A stretch of DNA of 24,000 bases from Moorella sp. Hama-1 (GCF_023734095.1 NZ_AP024620.1:3259570-3283569); one strand, 5' to 3'. Positions 14,253-22,712 are shown, counted from the first letter of the stretch. Made by a program: numbers and translations. The notes: generated by a model not told the origin, from the sequence alone.

Positions 14253-14315
14253 AATGAGATATGAGATGTGGGAGGTGAGAAGTGGGATTCCTGTAGAAAC
14301 TGGCTGCGCCAGTTT
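14253..14315. repeat. Heptad-plus-hairpin element, copy 1
   Basis: Five contiguous heptads AATGAGA TATGAGA TGTGGGA GGTGAGA AGTGGGA (14253-14287), 9 nt, hairpin AAACTGG-CTGCG-CCAGTTT (14297-14315). Confidence 0.75.
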
Positions 14316-14495
14316 TAGATTAAAGCTTGCCTGCCTCTCATTTTTTCCCTTCGTTGGTGGTCCGCCGGTTCGTGGATCGGCCCCAGCACCCATGAATGAC
14401 TTCTAATGCTCCAAGGGGGTTGCTTATGACCGGCAATGAGTTATATTAGATTAGTACGGCCGGTTTAATATTTCCATGGGAAAGGAGGCAGGGTC

Positions 14496-14849
14496 ATGCC
14501 TGTCCTGTTTTTCATTCTTCTGTCGGTATTCCTGGGTGCCGCGGCCCAGGTCCTGTTCAAGGTCGGCGTCCAGCATTTGGACGGGGTAGTTTTTGACCTG
14601 CAGGGATTTATTCGCCTGGGTCTCAGTCCCTTTATCCTGACCGGGTTGGTGTCCTTCGCCGCCAGCTTTATCCTGTGGCTGAAAGTCCTGGCCGAGGTTC
14701 CCCTGAGCTACGCCTACCCCATGGTCAGCCTGGGCTATGTCCTGGTCTTCCTGGTTTCCTGGTTATTCCTGGGGGAAAGCCTGCCGCCCCTGCGCATCCT
14801 GGGTCTGGTTCTAATCATTGCCGGTATCCTGGCTATCGCCCGCAGTTAA
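14496..14849 (+). CDS. EamA/SMR-like small multi-TM transporter
   Basis: 117 aa with four hydrophobic segments, LSYAYPMVSLGYVLVFLVSWLFLGESLPPLRILGLVLIIAGI; strong RBS AAAGGAGG; only convincing plus-strand gene. Confidence 0.85.
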   Translation: MPVLFFILLSVFLGAAAQVLFKVGVQHLDGVVFDLQGFIRLGLSPFILTGLVSFAASFILWLKVLAEVPLSYAYPMVSLGYVLVFLVSWLFLGESLPPLRILGLVLIIAGILAIARS

Positions 14850-14872
14850 AAGGGGGCGCCGGTGGCGCCCCC
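14847..14872 (-). terminator. Rho-independent-like hairpin, convergent end of EamA-like gene and small ORFs
   Basis: GGGGGCGCC-ACC-GGCGCCCCC followed by TTTT when read on the minus strand. Confidence 0.6.
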
Positions 14873-14893
14873 TGGCAATAGCCTCTTCTAAAG

Positions 14894-14971
14894 CTAATTG
14901 CCGAAGAAGAGCAGGATCAGTACCAGAAAGAGGATAAAAGCCCAGTTACCAAAAACAAAACCGTCCGCCAT
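14894..14971 (-). CDS. 25-aa hydrophobic small protein, possibly YjcZ-like sporulation peptide
   Basis: Reverse strand ATG...TAG reads MADGFVFGNWAFILFLVLILLFFGN*; GGGGGG upstream; sigma-K-like promoter at 15009-15036. Confidence 0.6.
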   Translation of the reverse strand: MADGFVFGNWAFILFLVLILLFFGN

Positions 14972-15008
14972 AGTTGGCCCCCCTTTCCAATCTCCCCAGG
15001 TTTTAGTT

Positions 15009-15036
15009 TAATCTATGCCGCAGGCTGGGAGTTGGT
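15009..15036 (-). promoter_or_regulatory. Sigma-K-like promoter upstream of 25-aa ORF
   Basis: AC (15035-15036), 17 nt, CATAGATTA (15009-15017) on reverse strand. Confidence 0.45.
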
Positions 15037-15057
15037 TACTGTACGGCCGGCGCCGGG

Positions 15058-15168
15058 TTATATAAAGATAATCAGGCCGATAAGCAACAGGAGAAAAAGA
15101 AAGAGCAGGCCGCCGTCGGCAATAATATCCCGCACTTCTACTTCCGGTAGGCTCTGAACTTCGACCAT
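15058..15168 (-). CDS. 36-aa small hydrophobic protein
   Basis: Reverse strand MVEVQSLPEVEVRDIIADGGLLFLFLLLLIGLIIFI*; RBS GGAGGGG 6 nt upstream; single C-terminal TM segment. Confidence 0.6.
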   Translation of the reverse strand: MVEVQSLPEVEVRDIIADGGLLFLFLLLLIGLIIFI

Positions 15169-15206
15169 GGATATCCCCTCCGAAAATGATTCTTGCGCCC
15201 TTATGG

Positions 15207-15234
15207 TATTTTATGTCGCTCCTCCGAAACAGGT
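15207..15234 (-). promoter_or_regulatory. Sigma-K-like promoter upstream of 36-aa ORF
   Basis: AC (15233-15234), 17 nt, CATAAAATA (15207-15215) on reverse strand. Confidence 0.45.
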
Positions 15235-15301
15235 TACCCTTGCAAATCTATGTCGCCCTGGCTACATTTACGCGGTCAGCGGCCAGGCCGGCCCGAACGA
15301 C

Positions 15302-15326
15302 AAAAAATCCCCCGTAAGCACGGGGG
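15302..15326 (-). terminator. Rho-independent terminator after ychF
   Basis: Reverse strand GCCCCCGTGCTTACGGGGGATTTTTTG, 19 nt after the stop. Confidence 0.9.
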
Positions 15327-15344
15327 CTGGTGGTTAAAGGTCAA

Positions 15345-16418
15345 CTAAACATTAAAGCGGAAGTTGATAATATCACCATCCTGAACTATATAATCTTTAC
15401 CCTCCAGACGGGCCAGGCCCTCTTCCTTAACTTTATTCATATTGCCGCACCGCTCCAGGTCGGCAAAGTTGACTACCTCGGCCCGGATGAAACCCCGTTC
15501 AATATCGCTATGGATCTTACCGGCCGCCGCCCGGGCGTTGGTGCCGGCCTGGATGGTCCAGGCCCGGACCTCATCTTCGCCGGCAGTCAAGAAGGAGATC
15601 AAACCCAGGCGGTGATAGATCGCCCGGGCCAGGCGGTCAATGCCCGGTTCGGCGATGCCCATCTCCCGCAGGAAGTCTTCCCTGTCGCCCGGCTCCAGGC
15701 GGGCAATCTCGGCTTCCAACTCCGCGCAAAGGGTCAATACCGGTAAACCTTTTGGTTCAGCATAGGCCTTGACCTCTTCTTCCCCAGCATAATGCCCGGA
15801 GCGGAGCTGGTCTTCATCGATATTGACCACTATAATCATGGGCTTAGATGTCAAAAAGCCCATATGCCGCAGGTCCTGCCATTCGTCCGCCGTCAAGCCG
15901 GCTTCCAACAGGGGCTTTTCGGCTTCCAGGGCCTCCCGGCATTTCTCCAGGGCCTCCCGTTCGGTCTGCATTTCCGGCTTTATTTTCTTACTGGTGGCAA
16001 TCCGCTCCAGCCGGGTTTCCACCAGCTGCAGATCCGCCAGAAGCAGTTCCGCATTAATTGTCTCCAGGTCCCGTACCGGATTGAGATCGCCTTCCACATG
16101 GATTACTGCTTCATTACGGAAGGTACGGACGACATGGATCAGGGCATCTACTTCCCGGACAGCACTCAAGAAAGCCGCTCCGGAGCCCCGCGTCAAGCCC
16201 GGGACATCGATAATCTCCAGGGTGGCGGGGGTGACCTTGCGAGGATGATAAAGGGATACCAGGAAATCCAGGCGGGCATCGGGTATGGGAGCCGTGCGGA
16301 TGTTGGTCTTGGTACGGCCGGCAAAGGCCGAGGTTTCCGCCTCAGCCTGGGTTAGAAGGTTAAACAGGGTTGTTTTGCCTACCAGGGGTAAACCGATAAT
16401 ACCGCAGGTCAGGGGCAA
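15345..16418 (-). CDS. ychF: Redox-regulated/ribosome-associated ATPase YchF-family P-loop protein
   Basis: 357 aa, CGIIGLPLVGKTTLFNLLTQ, PDARLDFLVSLYHPRKVTPATLEIIDVPGL, C-terminal TGS-like KVKEEGLARLEGKDYIVQDGDIINFRFNV. Confidence 0.93.
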   Translation of the reverse strand: MPLTCGIIGLPLVGKTTLFNLLTQAEAETSAFAGRTKTNIRTAPIPDARLDFLVSLYHPRKVTPATLEIIDVPGLTRGSGAAFLSAVREVDALIHVVRTFRNEAVIHVEGDLNPVRDLETINAELLLADLQLVETRLERIATSKKIKPEMQTEREALEKCREALEAEKPLLEAGLTADEWQDLRHMGFLTSKPMIIVVNIDEDQLRSGHYAGEEEVKAYAEPKGLPVLTLCAELEAEIARLEPGDREDFLREMGIAEPGIDRLARAIYHRLGLISFLTAGEDEVRAWTIQAGTNARAAAGKIHSDIERGFIRAEVVNFADLERCGNMNKVKEEGLARLEGKDYIVQDGDIINFRFNV

Positions 16419-16586
16419 TGCACTTCACCTCAGCCTAAGTATAGCAGTTTCGCCAGCAAAAGGGAAGGCCAATCCGACCTTCTCGGAGTGGGCAGGGGGG
16501 ACAGCGGGCCACCGGGCTGTAATTACGCGACGATAACTGCTATGACCGTTCCTTTCGACCGAACCTGGTTTTACGGTATCGGAGCA

Positions 16587-16617
16587 TAAAAAAGAACCGG
16601 CTTTATTATCCGGTTCC
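16587..16617 (-). terminator. Terminator of the tRNA cluster
   Basis: Reverse strand GGAACCGGATAATAAAGCCGGTTCTTTTTTA. Confidence 0.85.
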
Positions 16618-16631
16618 AGTTATAATCCAGG

Positions 16632-16707
16632 TGGAGCCCATAACCGGGATTGAACCGGTGACCTCCGCCTTACCAAGGCGACGCTCTACCTACTGAGCTA
16701 TATGGGC
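16632..16707 (-). tRNA. tRNA-Thr(GGT)
   Basis: 76-nt cloverleaf GCCCATATAGCTCAGTAGGTAGAGCGTCGCCTTGGTAAGGCGGAGGTCACCGGTTCAATCCCGGTTATGGGCTCCA, encoded CCA. Confidence 0.97.
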
Positions 16708-16708
16708 A

Positions 16709-16784
<76 letters not shown>

Positions 16785-16791
16785 ATATGGA

Positions 16792-16901
16792 TATGGGATG
16801 TGAGATGTTAGAGGTGAGATACTTGTTGGAATTGGCTGCGCCAATTCCTATCTTTATAATCCCACTTCTCATATCTCACTTCTCACTTCTCACTTCTCAA
16901 A
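16792..16901. repeat. Heptad-plus-hairpin element, copy 2 (with opposing heptad arms)
   Basis: Four heptads (16792-16819), 8 nt, hairpin GGAATTGG-CTGCG-CCAATTCC (16828-16848), six reverse-complement heptads (16860-16901) abutting tRNA-Tyr. Confidence 0.8.
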
Positions 16902-16987
16902 TGGTGGAGGGGGCTGGATTTGAACCAGCGAAGGCTGCGCCAGCAGATTTACAGTCTGCCCCCTTTGGCCAACTCGGGAACCCCTCC
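16902..16987 (-). tRNA. tRNA-Tyr(GTA)
   Basis: 86 nt, GGAGGGGTTCCCGAG...GCAGACTGTAAATCTGC...GCTGGTTCAAATCCAGCCCCCTCCACCA with long variable arm. Confidence 0.96.
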
Positions 16988-17029
16988 ATATTACCTTTAC
17001 AACCTGGCTTCTTCCGAAGCGCGAAGATT

Positions 17030-17058
17030 ATTGTACCACCCTTTGTGGCCGACGTCAA
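17030..17058 (-). promoter_or_regulatory. Candidate sigma-A promoter for the tRNA-Tyr/fMet/Thr cluster
   Basis: TTGACG (17053-17058), 17 nt, TACAAT (17030-17035). Confidence 0.7.
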
Positions 17059-17076
17059 GGTCTATTTTGCTGTAAT

Positions 17077-17730
17077 TTACTGGGTGTCGCCGTCCCGCCG
17101 CTCCAGATAGCGCTCCAGTTTGCGCTTAACCCGCTGGAGGGCGTTATCAATGGATTTAACATGGCGTTTCAGGTCCACGGCAATCTCCTGGTAGGATTTG
17201 CCTTCCAGGTAAGACATCAGGACCTTCCATTCCAGGGAGCTCAGGATCTCCCCCATCTTCTCCTCGATATCCCCGAATTCCTCCCGGCTGATAATCAATT
17301 CTTCCGGGTCGGTAATTCTGGTGCCGGAGATAATGTCCAGCAGGGTCCGGTCGGAATCCTCGTCATAAATGGGTTTATTCAAGGAAACATATGAGTTCAG
17401 GGGGATATGTTTCTGCCGGGTGGCCGTCTTGATGGCTGTGATAATCTGGCGAGTAATACATAACTCCGCAAAGGCCCGGAAGGAAGAGAGTTTATCACCG
17501 CGGAAGTCGCGAATGGCCTTGTACAGGCCAATCATGCCTTCCTGGACGATATCCTCCCGGTCGGCACCGATGAGAAAATAGGACCGGGCTTTAGCCCTGA
17601 CAAAGTTACGATACTTATTAATCAGGTACTCCTGGGCTATTTCATCGCCCTCCTGGGCCTGGTAAACAATATCCTCATCGCCCATTAACTCATATGGTTG
17701 GAAGGATTCCTGCTGCACATTAACGCTCAT
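17077..17730 (-). CDS. sigH: RNA polymerase sporulation/stationary-phase sigma factor SigH
   Basis: MSVNVQQESFQPYELMGDEDIVYQAQEGDEIAQEYLINKYRNFVRAKARSYFLIGADREDIVQEGMIGLYKAIRDF; start 17730 behind GGAGG. Confidence 0.94.
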   Translation of the reverse strand: MSVNVQQESFQPYELMGDEDIVYQAQEGDEIAQEYLINKYRNFVRAKARSYFLIGADREDIVQEGMIGLYKAIRDFRGDKLSSFRAFAELCITRQIITAIKTATRQKHIPLNSYVSLNKPIYDEDSDRTLLDIISGTRITDPEELIISREEFGDIEEKMGEILSSLEWKVLMSYLEGKSYQEIAVDLKRHVKSIDNALQRVKRKLERYLERRDGDTQ

Positions 17731-17802
17731 GTCAACGCCTCCACCATGGATTTCCAAAACATCAACTGCAGGAGGCCGGTATCTTGTCCAATGACAGTTC
17801 TA

Positions 17803-17831
17803 ATTATACAAGAAACCACCGTCAACCGCAA
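17803..17831 (-). promoter_or_regulatory. Candidate promoter for sigH
   Basis: TTGCGG (17826-17831), 17 nt, TATAAT (17803-17808). Confidence 0.5.
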
Positions 17832-17851
17832 GAGTTAACCATCCGTCCCTG

Positions 17852-18364
17852 TTAGCGCCGGCGCCACCTTTCCAGGATCTGACGTGCTGCCTGGTGAATC
17901 CGCGTATCCAGTCGTCCTGTTGGGGCATCATCCTGACCAACCCGATTCATTTCCTGCCGGGCCTGTTCCACATAAACCCTTAATTCGCGGACCGGTATAC
18001 GCAGGGCCCCTTTTCCCAGGATTATCCGTTGTTCGGCCTGATCGGAAGTGGCGACGTAGACCTGCCCCTTAATATTTATATTACCTACCAACTTTTCAAT
18101 GACCGCATCGGCTGTTTCTCCCTCGCGGCTGTAAATTACCTCCACTTCCCCTACCCGTTCCCTCTTTTCTGTGGCCCCGGGGACTTTATGGGCGTCAAAG
18201 ACGATGATGACGCGCCCGCCCCAGTAGGCCTGATAATTGCTTAGCTCTCTTATTAGTTTATCGCGGGCGTGGTCAAAACTTGCCTCCTTTAAGCGGGCTA
18301 ATTCCGGCCAGTTATAGAGCAAATTGTAGCCGTCCACGATCAGCACGTCAGGCACAGGTTCCAC
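17852..18364 (-). CDS. yacP: NYN-domain (YacP/Rae1-like) ribonuclease-family protein
   Basis: 170 aa, VLIVDGYNLLYNWPEL...VIIVFDAHKVPGA...GKINIKGQVYVATSDQAEQRIILGKGA; standard rlmB-yacP-sigH order. Confidence 0.9.
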   Translation of the reverse strand: MEPVPDVLIVDGYNLLYNWPELARLKEASFDHARDKLIRELSNYQAYWGGRVIIVFDAHKVPGATEKRERVGEVEVIYSREGETADAVIEKLVGNINIKGQVYVATSDQAEQRIILGKGALRIPVRELRVYVEQARQEMNRVGQDDAPTGRLDTRIHQAARQILERWRRR

Positions 18365-18370
18365 CCCGCT

Positions 18371-19111
18371 CTAAGGCCGGACCCGGCCGCGCTGGCGCAA
18401 CACTTCGTACATCAGGACGGTAGCTGCCGAGGCTACGTTAAGGGAGTTAATCCGGCCGCGCATGGGCAGGCGCACCGTTAAATCGCAGCGGGAACGTACC
18501 AGATGGGAGAGGCCCCGGCCTTCACTGCCTAAAACCAGGACCAGGGGCAGGGTAAAATCAGCGGCAAAGGCCTCTTGCGGGGCGTCGCCGGCAGCGCCGA
18601 CGGCCCAGATACCCTGGCCTTTAAGATCTGCCAAGGTCAGGCCCAGGTTGGTCACCCGGGCCACCGGGACGTATTCCTGGGCTCCTGCCGCCGTCCGGGC
18701 TACGGCAGCCGTTAACCCTACCCCCCGCCGCCGGGGGATAATGACCCCATGGACGCCGGCGGCCTCGGCCGAACGGAGAATAGCCCCCAGGTTGTGGGGG
18801 TCCTCCACCCCGTCGAGCATAACTAAAAAAGGGGGCTCCCCCTCTTCCCGGGCCCGGGCCAGGAGATCCTCCAGTTCAGCGTAGACTGCAGCCGCAGTCA
18901 GGGCTACGACCCCCTGATGATGGGGGCCGGCCATTTTATCCAGGACGTCCCTGTTTACCCGCTGCAGGGGTATCCCCTGCTCTCGGGCCAGGTTGATAAT
19001 GTCGGCTATGATCCGGCCCTCCAGGTGGGGGGCCAGGAGAAGCTTATTCAAAGGACGGCCGGCCCGGAGGGCTTCCCGGACCTGGTTCCGGCCGGCCAGG
19101 ACTTCAGTCAT
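18371..19111 (-). CDS. rlmB: 23S rRNA (guanosine-2'-O)-methyltransferase, TrmH/SpoU family
   Basis: 246 aa, VLAGRNQVREALRAGRP...MLDGVEDPHNLGAILRSAEAAGVHGVIIP...LVLGSEGRGLSHLVRSRCD...SLNVASAATVLMYE. Confidence 0.93.
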   Translation of the reverse strand: MTEVLAGRNQVREALRAGRPLNKLLLAPHLEGRIIADIINLAREQGIPLQRVNRDVLDKMAGPHHQGVVALTAAAVYAELEDLLARAREEGEPPFLVMLDGVEDPHNLGAILRSAEAAGVHGVIIPRRRGVGLTAAVARTAAGAQEYVPVARVTNLGLTLADLKGQGIWAVGAAGDAPQEAFAADFTLPLVLVLGSEGRGLSHLVRSRCDLTVRLPMRGRINSLNVASAATVLMYEVLRQRGRVRP

Positions 19112-19157
19112 TGGTTTTCCTCCCTGCCCCGGGCCGCGGCTACCCGCGGGGTTCCGA

Positions 19158-19850
19158 TCAACAGTCTACCTCCTGGCAGCGAAAGAGATCATCGGTGATG
19201 ATCACCCGGGCGTAGTGTTCCCTGGGAAAGGTTTGATCAAAATTGATATCGTTGAACAGTACTGGTAACTTTTCCTTGAAGAGCAGGAGAAGGGGTATGG
19301 CTATCTGCCGCATCTGGGGATGGGCGGTGCTGGCACAACGCAGGCGGAAAAAGTGGCGCCATTCCCGTAAATTATAGGTAACTACCAGCTCGGTTTTGAG
19401 GGAGGTAGGCAGGACGGAACGCGCCTCCTGGGGGGAGTTGGTCTGCAATAAGGCCAGGTAGCCTTTCTCGGCGGCCAGGCAGGCCTCCCGCCAGGCCTCA
19501 TAGGCCCTGCCGGTAAAGAAAAAGGGTTCAATGACCGTTATCTGGCTGCCGAAGCTGTCTTTGCTGTAGTTACAGTACCTGGTTGATTCCTGGCTGTAGG
19601 AGCCGATACGGTGCCGGACAATCTCGTGGGATATACCCCGGTCGGCAATAATCAAGGCCGTGATCTTCTCATGCTCAATAACCGATTCGTGCCCCCGGGC
19701 CAGGATCGACTTTAAAAAGGAAGCCGCCGAACCGCCCTTTATTTTATTCTCGGATTTGTAGCAAACCCGGGCGTAACGTTCCAACCTGGCCAGCAAGCCG
19801 GCGTCCAGGGCCCTTTCCGGTACCAGGACCCTGGGTTGCTCAATTAGCAT
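19158..19850 (-). CDS. thyX: Flavin-dependent thymidylate synthase ThyX
   Basis: [36 protein letters not shown]...[19 protein letters not shown]...[20 protein letters not shown]; start at 19850 behind AGGAGGAGAAG. Confidence 0.9.
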   Translation of the reverse strand: MLIEQPRVLVPERALDAGLLARLERYARVCYKSENKIKGGSAASFLKSILARGHESVIEHEKITALIIADRGISHEIVRHRIGSYSQESTRYCNYSKDSFGSQITVIEPFFFTGRAYEAWREACLAAEKGYLALLQTNSPQEARSVLPTSLKTELVVTYNLREWRHFFRLRCASTAHPQMRQIAIPLLLLFKEKLPVLFNDINFDQTFPREHYARVIITDDLFRCQEVDC

Positions 19851-20244
19851 GATTCGTCTTCTCCTCCTTCCCTGCCAGGGTAAAAAGCAGGCTGGCAATC
19901 TCCGCCAGCCGGGTCTCATTGCCCTGGAGGTAGAGATAACCCAGGAGGCTTTCCAGAGCGGTACTGGAGTGATACTCCGCCGGTGCTGCGGTGCGGGGCA
20001 GGTGCCCCGGCCGGGCATTACGACCCCGGCGCAGGACGTCCCTTTCGGCGGGCGTTAAATACTCCTCCAGGGCTGGGACCAGCCGGGCCTGGGCCGTGGC
20101 CCGCACGTATTTCATAGCCTCCCGGTGCAGTTGCTCCGGCCGGGCCGGTCCCCGGCGGACCAGATAAGTCCGGACCAGTAACTCGTAAACAGCGTCCCCT
20201 ACATAGGCCAGGACCAGGGGTGAGAGATCAGCAGCAGGATCCAC
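19840..20244 (-). CDS. mrnC: Mini-ribonuclease III
   Basis: 134 aa, [23 protein letters not shown]...[36 protein letters not shown]; downstream of cysS. Confidence 0.92.
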   Translation of the reverse strand: MDPAADLSPLVLAYVGDAVYELLVRTYLVRRGPARPEQLHREAMKYVRATAQARLVPALEEYLTPAERDVLRRGRNARPGHLPRTAAPAEYHSSTALESLLGYLYLQGNETRLAEIASLLFTLAGKEEKTNHAN

Positions 20245-20292
20245 ACTTAACCCCCTTAACTTCTTTTCCTACCTAACCGTTCCAGGCTTACC

Positions 20293-21729
20293 CTAACTTC
20301 TCTTCCAGCGCGAGCCGCGGGGGGTGTCCTCCAGGGTGATCCCCAGTTCCTTAAGGCGGTCGCGAATGGCATCGGCTGTGGCCCAATCCCGACGCTGGCG
20401 GGCCTCCTGGCGTACCTGGAGGATGAGGTTCATCAGGCCGTCGAGGAGTTCATCGTCCACCTGCCCGGCAGTCCGGCCAAAGAGGCCCAGAACCTCTCCC
20501 CCCAGCCCCTCAAAAACAGTAGCTGCCGTCTTCAGGGTTACCGGATCAATGGCCGCCGTCCCGTTCAGGTAGGTGTTAATCTCCCGGGCCAGGTCATAAA
20601 GGGCGGCCAGGGCCCGGGCCGTATTAAAGTCGTCATCCATGGCGGTCACAAACTCCTGGCGTAATTCTTCCACCCTGCCGGCCAGGGTGGCCCCCCCGGC
20701 CGGGGTCGCTGTTCCCGCCCCGCCGCCCGTTATCTGGCACCGGGCTTCCCCCAGGAGGCGGCGGGTATTCTCCAGGCGCTCCAGGCCCTTTTCGGCTGCT
20801 TGCAGGCCGTCGTCATCAAAGTCAATGGGGCTGCGGTAATGAGTGGCCAGCAGGTAGAGGCGCACCGCCAGGGGGCGGAAACGGCTGCAAATATCCCTCA
20901 CCAGGAAGAAGTTGCCCCGGGATTTGGACATCTTTTCCTGGTTAATGGTTATAAAGCCATTGTGGAGCCAGTAACGGGCAAAGGTGCAACCTGTCTGGGC
21001 CTCCGCCTGGGCTATCTCATTCTCGTGGTGGGGAAAAATGAGGTCGGCACCGCCACCGTGGATATCGAAACCCGGCCCCAGGTATTTAAGGGCCATGGTC
21101 GAGCACTCAATATGCCATCCCGGCCGCCCCGGTCCCCAGGGGCTCTCCCAGGATGGTTCCCCCGGGCTGGCCCCCTTCCACAGGGCAAAATCCAGGGGAT
21201 TGCGTTTGCAGGTATTGACCTCCACCCGCGCCCCGGCCCGCATCTCCCCGGTGGTCCTTCGGGACAGGCGGCCGTAGGCCGGAAATTTAGCCACCTCAAA
21301 ATAAACGTCCCCCCCGGCGGGATAGGCAAAGCCACGCTGGACGAGGGTGTCGATAGCGTCGATAATAGCGTCGATATGCTGGCTGACCCGGGGATACAGG
21401 GTGGCGCGCTTGACGTTCAGGGCGTCGGCGTCCGTAAAGAATTCCCCAATATACCGTTCGGCAATGGTCAGGGGGTCCTGTTGCTCCTCCCGGGCCCGGT
21501 TGATTACCTTATCGTCGATGTCGGTGAAGTTCTGTACATAGAAGACGTCATAGTTACGGTACTCCAAGTAACGGCGGATGGTGTCGAAAACCACCATTGG
21601 CCGGGCGTTACCCAGGTGGATATAGTTATAGGTTGTCGGACCGCAGACATACATGCGCACCCGGCCCGGTTCAGCCGGTATAAACTCTTCCTTGCTTCCC
21701 GTCAGGGTATTGTAGAGATAAATGCCCAT
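20293..21729 (-). CDS. cysS: Cysteinyl-tRNA synthetase
   Basis: [16 protein letters not shown]...[32 protein letters not shown]...[11 protein letters not shown]; start reset from 21828 to 21729. Confidence 0.96.
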   Translation of the reverse strand: MGIYLYNTLTGSKEEFIPAEPGRVRMYVCGPTTYNYIHLGNARPMVVFDTIRRYLEYRNYDVFYVQNFTDIDDKVINRAREEQQDPLTIAERYIGEFFTDADALNVKRATLYPRVSQHIDAIIDAIDTLVQRGFAYPAGGDVYFEVAKFPAYGRLSRRTTGEMRAGARVEVNTCKRNPLDFALWKGASPGEPSWESPWGPGRPGWHIECSTMALKYLGPGFDIHGGGADLIFPHHENEIAQAEAQTGCTFARYWLHNGFITINQEKMSKSRGNFFLVRDICSRFRPLAVRLYLLATHYRSPIDFDDDGLQAAEKGLERLENTRRLLGEARCQITGGGAGTATPAGGATLAGRVEELRQEFVTAMDDDFNTARALAALYDLAREINTYLNGTAAIDPVTLKTAATVFEGLGGEVLGLFGRTAGQVDDELLDGLMNLILQVRQEARQRRDWATADAIRDRLKELGITLEDTPRGSRWKRS

Positions 21730-22396
21730 CCTTTTCGGCCTCCAGTTCTTCAACCCTTTGCTCCAAACGCTGGATTTGGCGTTGCAGGCAGAGGAGCATC
21801 TCCGCCACCGGGTCCGGCAGTTCTTCATGGCGGAGGTCTACGGCACTCACTTCGGCATCGGCAATTTTGCGGCCGTTACGTACCACCACTTTCCCCGGCA
21901 CGCCGACCACGGTGCAGTTGGGTGGTACATCCCTAAGGACGACGGAACCGGCGCCGATCTTGACGTTGTCACCGATGGTGATGTTGCCTAAAACCTTGGC
22001 CCCGGCGCTGATTACTACGTTATTACCAATGGTGGGGTGGCGTTTACCCTTCTCTTTGCCGGTGCCCCCCAGGGTAACCCCCTGGTAAAGGGTAACGTTA
22101 TTGCCCACTTCAGCTGTTTCGCCAATGATGACACCCATACCGTGATCGATAAAGATCCCTTCTCCCAGTTTGGCCCCCGGGTGGATCTCAATACCCGTCA
22201 GGAAGCGATTGATCTGGGAGATAATCCGGGCCAGCAGGATCAGGCCCCGGCGGTAACAGGCATGGGCCAGGCGATGGAGGATCAGGGCATGGAAACCCGG
22301 GTAGCAGAGGATGACCTCCAGGAGGCTGTGGGCCGCCGGATCCCGCTGGAAGACAACTTCAATATCCTTCTTTAACCGCCGCCACAAGGTCTTCAT
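21671..22396 (-). CDS. cysE: Serine O-acetyltransferase
   Basis: [37 protein letters not shown]...[43 protein letters not shown]; start either ATG 22396 or TTG 22405. Confidence 0.96.
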   Translation of the reverse strand: MKTLWRRLKKDIEVVFQRDPAAHSLLEVILCYPGFHALILHRLAHACYRRGLILLARIISQINRFLTGIEIHPGAKLGEGIFIDHGMGVIIGETAEVGNNVTLYQGVTLGGTGKEKGKRHPTIGNNVVISAGAKVLGNITIGDNVKIGAGSVVLRDVPPNCTVVGVPGKVVVRNGRKIADAEVSAVDLRHEELPDPVAEMLLCLQRQIQRLEQRVEELEAEKDGHLSLQYPDGKQGRVYTG

Positions 22397-22701
22397 CTCC
22401 TCCAAAAATAGGGTTCTGGCAAAAATGGATTCTTATGGTAAGCATTTGGCTAGGGGGCTGGCGGTACAGGTCTCCAGGCTCCGTGGTTCTCGGCGAGCAA
22501 ACTTAGCGCTCAGTTGCTTAAGCCGCGGGGGTGGCTTTACATTATTTCATAAGAATAAGCGCAGCGGGGAGCGGAGCTCTTCGTTCCTTAATTTACGTTC
22601 CGATCCCCATCCCGTTCACCGCCGCCTCGCTTCGGCTTCGCGCAAGTATCTAGCGCCTCAAACCCTGTACCGGCCAGCCCCTTCCCTCAGCCTGCATTTC
22701 G
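22397..22701 (-). repeat. Copy B of the structured intergenic repeat, between Cys T-box terminator and cysE
   Basis: See copy A; internal inverted repeat ggggctggcggtacagg / ctgtaccggccagcccc. Confidence 0.9.
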
Positions 22702-22712
22702 CCGGGCAGGCT

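Noticed and set aside
14140-14406. 88-aa plus-strand ORF MLTHSGQIGPEVIF
   Set aside because: Low-quality composition, spans the heptad-hairpin element, no convincing RBS or known motif.
16902-16987. GGCTGCGCC in tRNA-Tyr resembling the CTGCG hairpin loop of the heptad element
   Set aside because: It is the expected variable arm of a class II tRNA-Tyr; resemblance to the element loop is probably coincidental, although an origin link cannot be excluded.
17077-19111. Possible novelty of the sigH-yacP-rlmB cluster
   Set aside because: This is the standard gene order in many Firmicutes.
20800-21936. Plus-strand 378-aa ORF antisense to cysS
   Set aside because: Long antisense ORF expected from high GC and codon bias; low-complexity composition, no recognizable domain, opposite a clear cysS.
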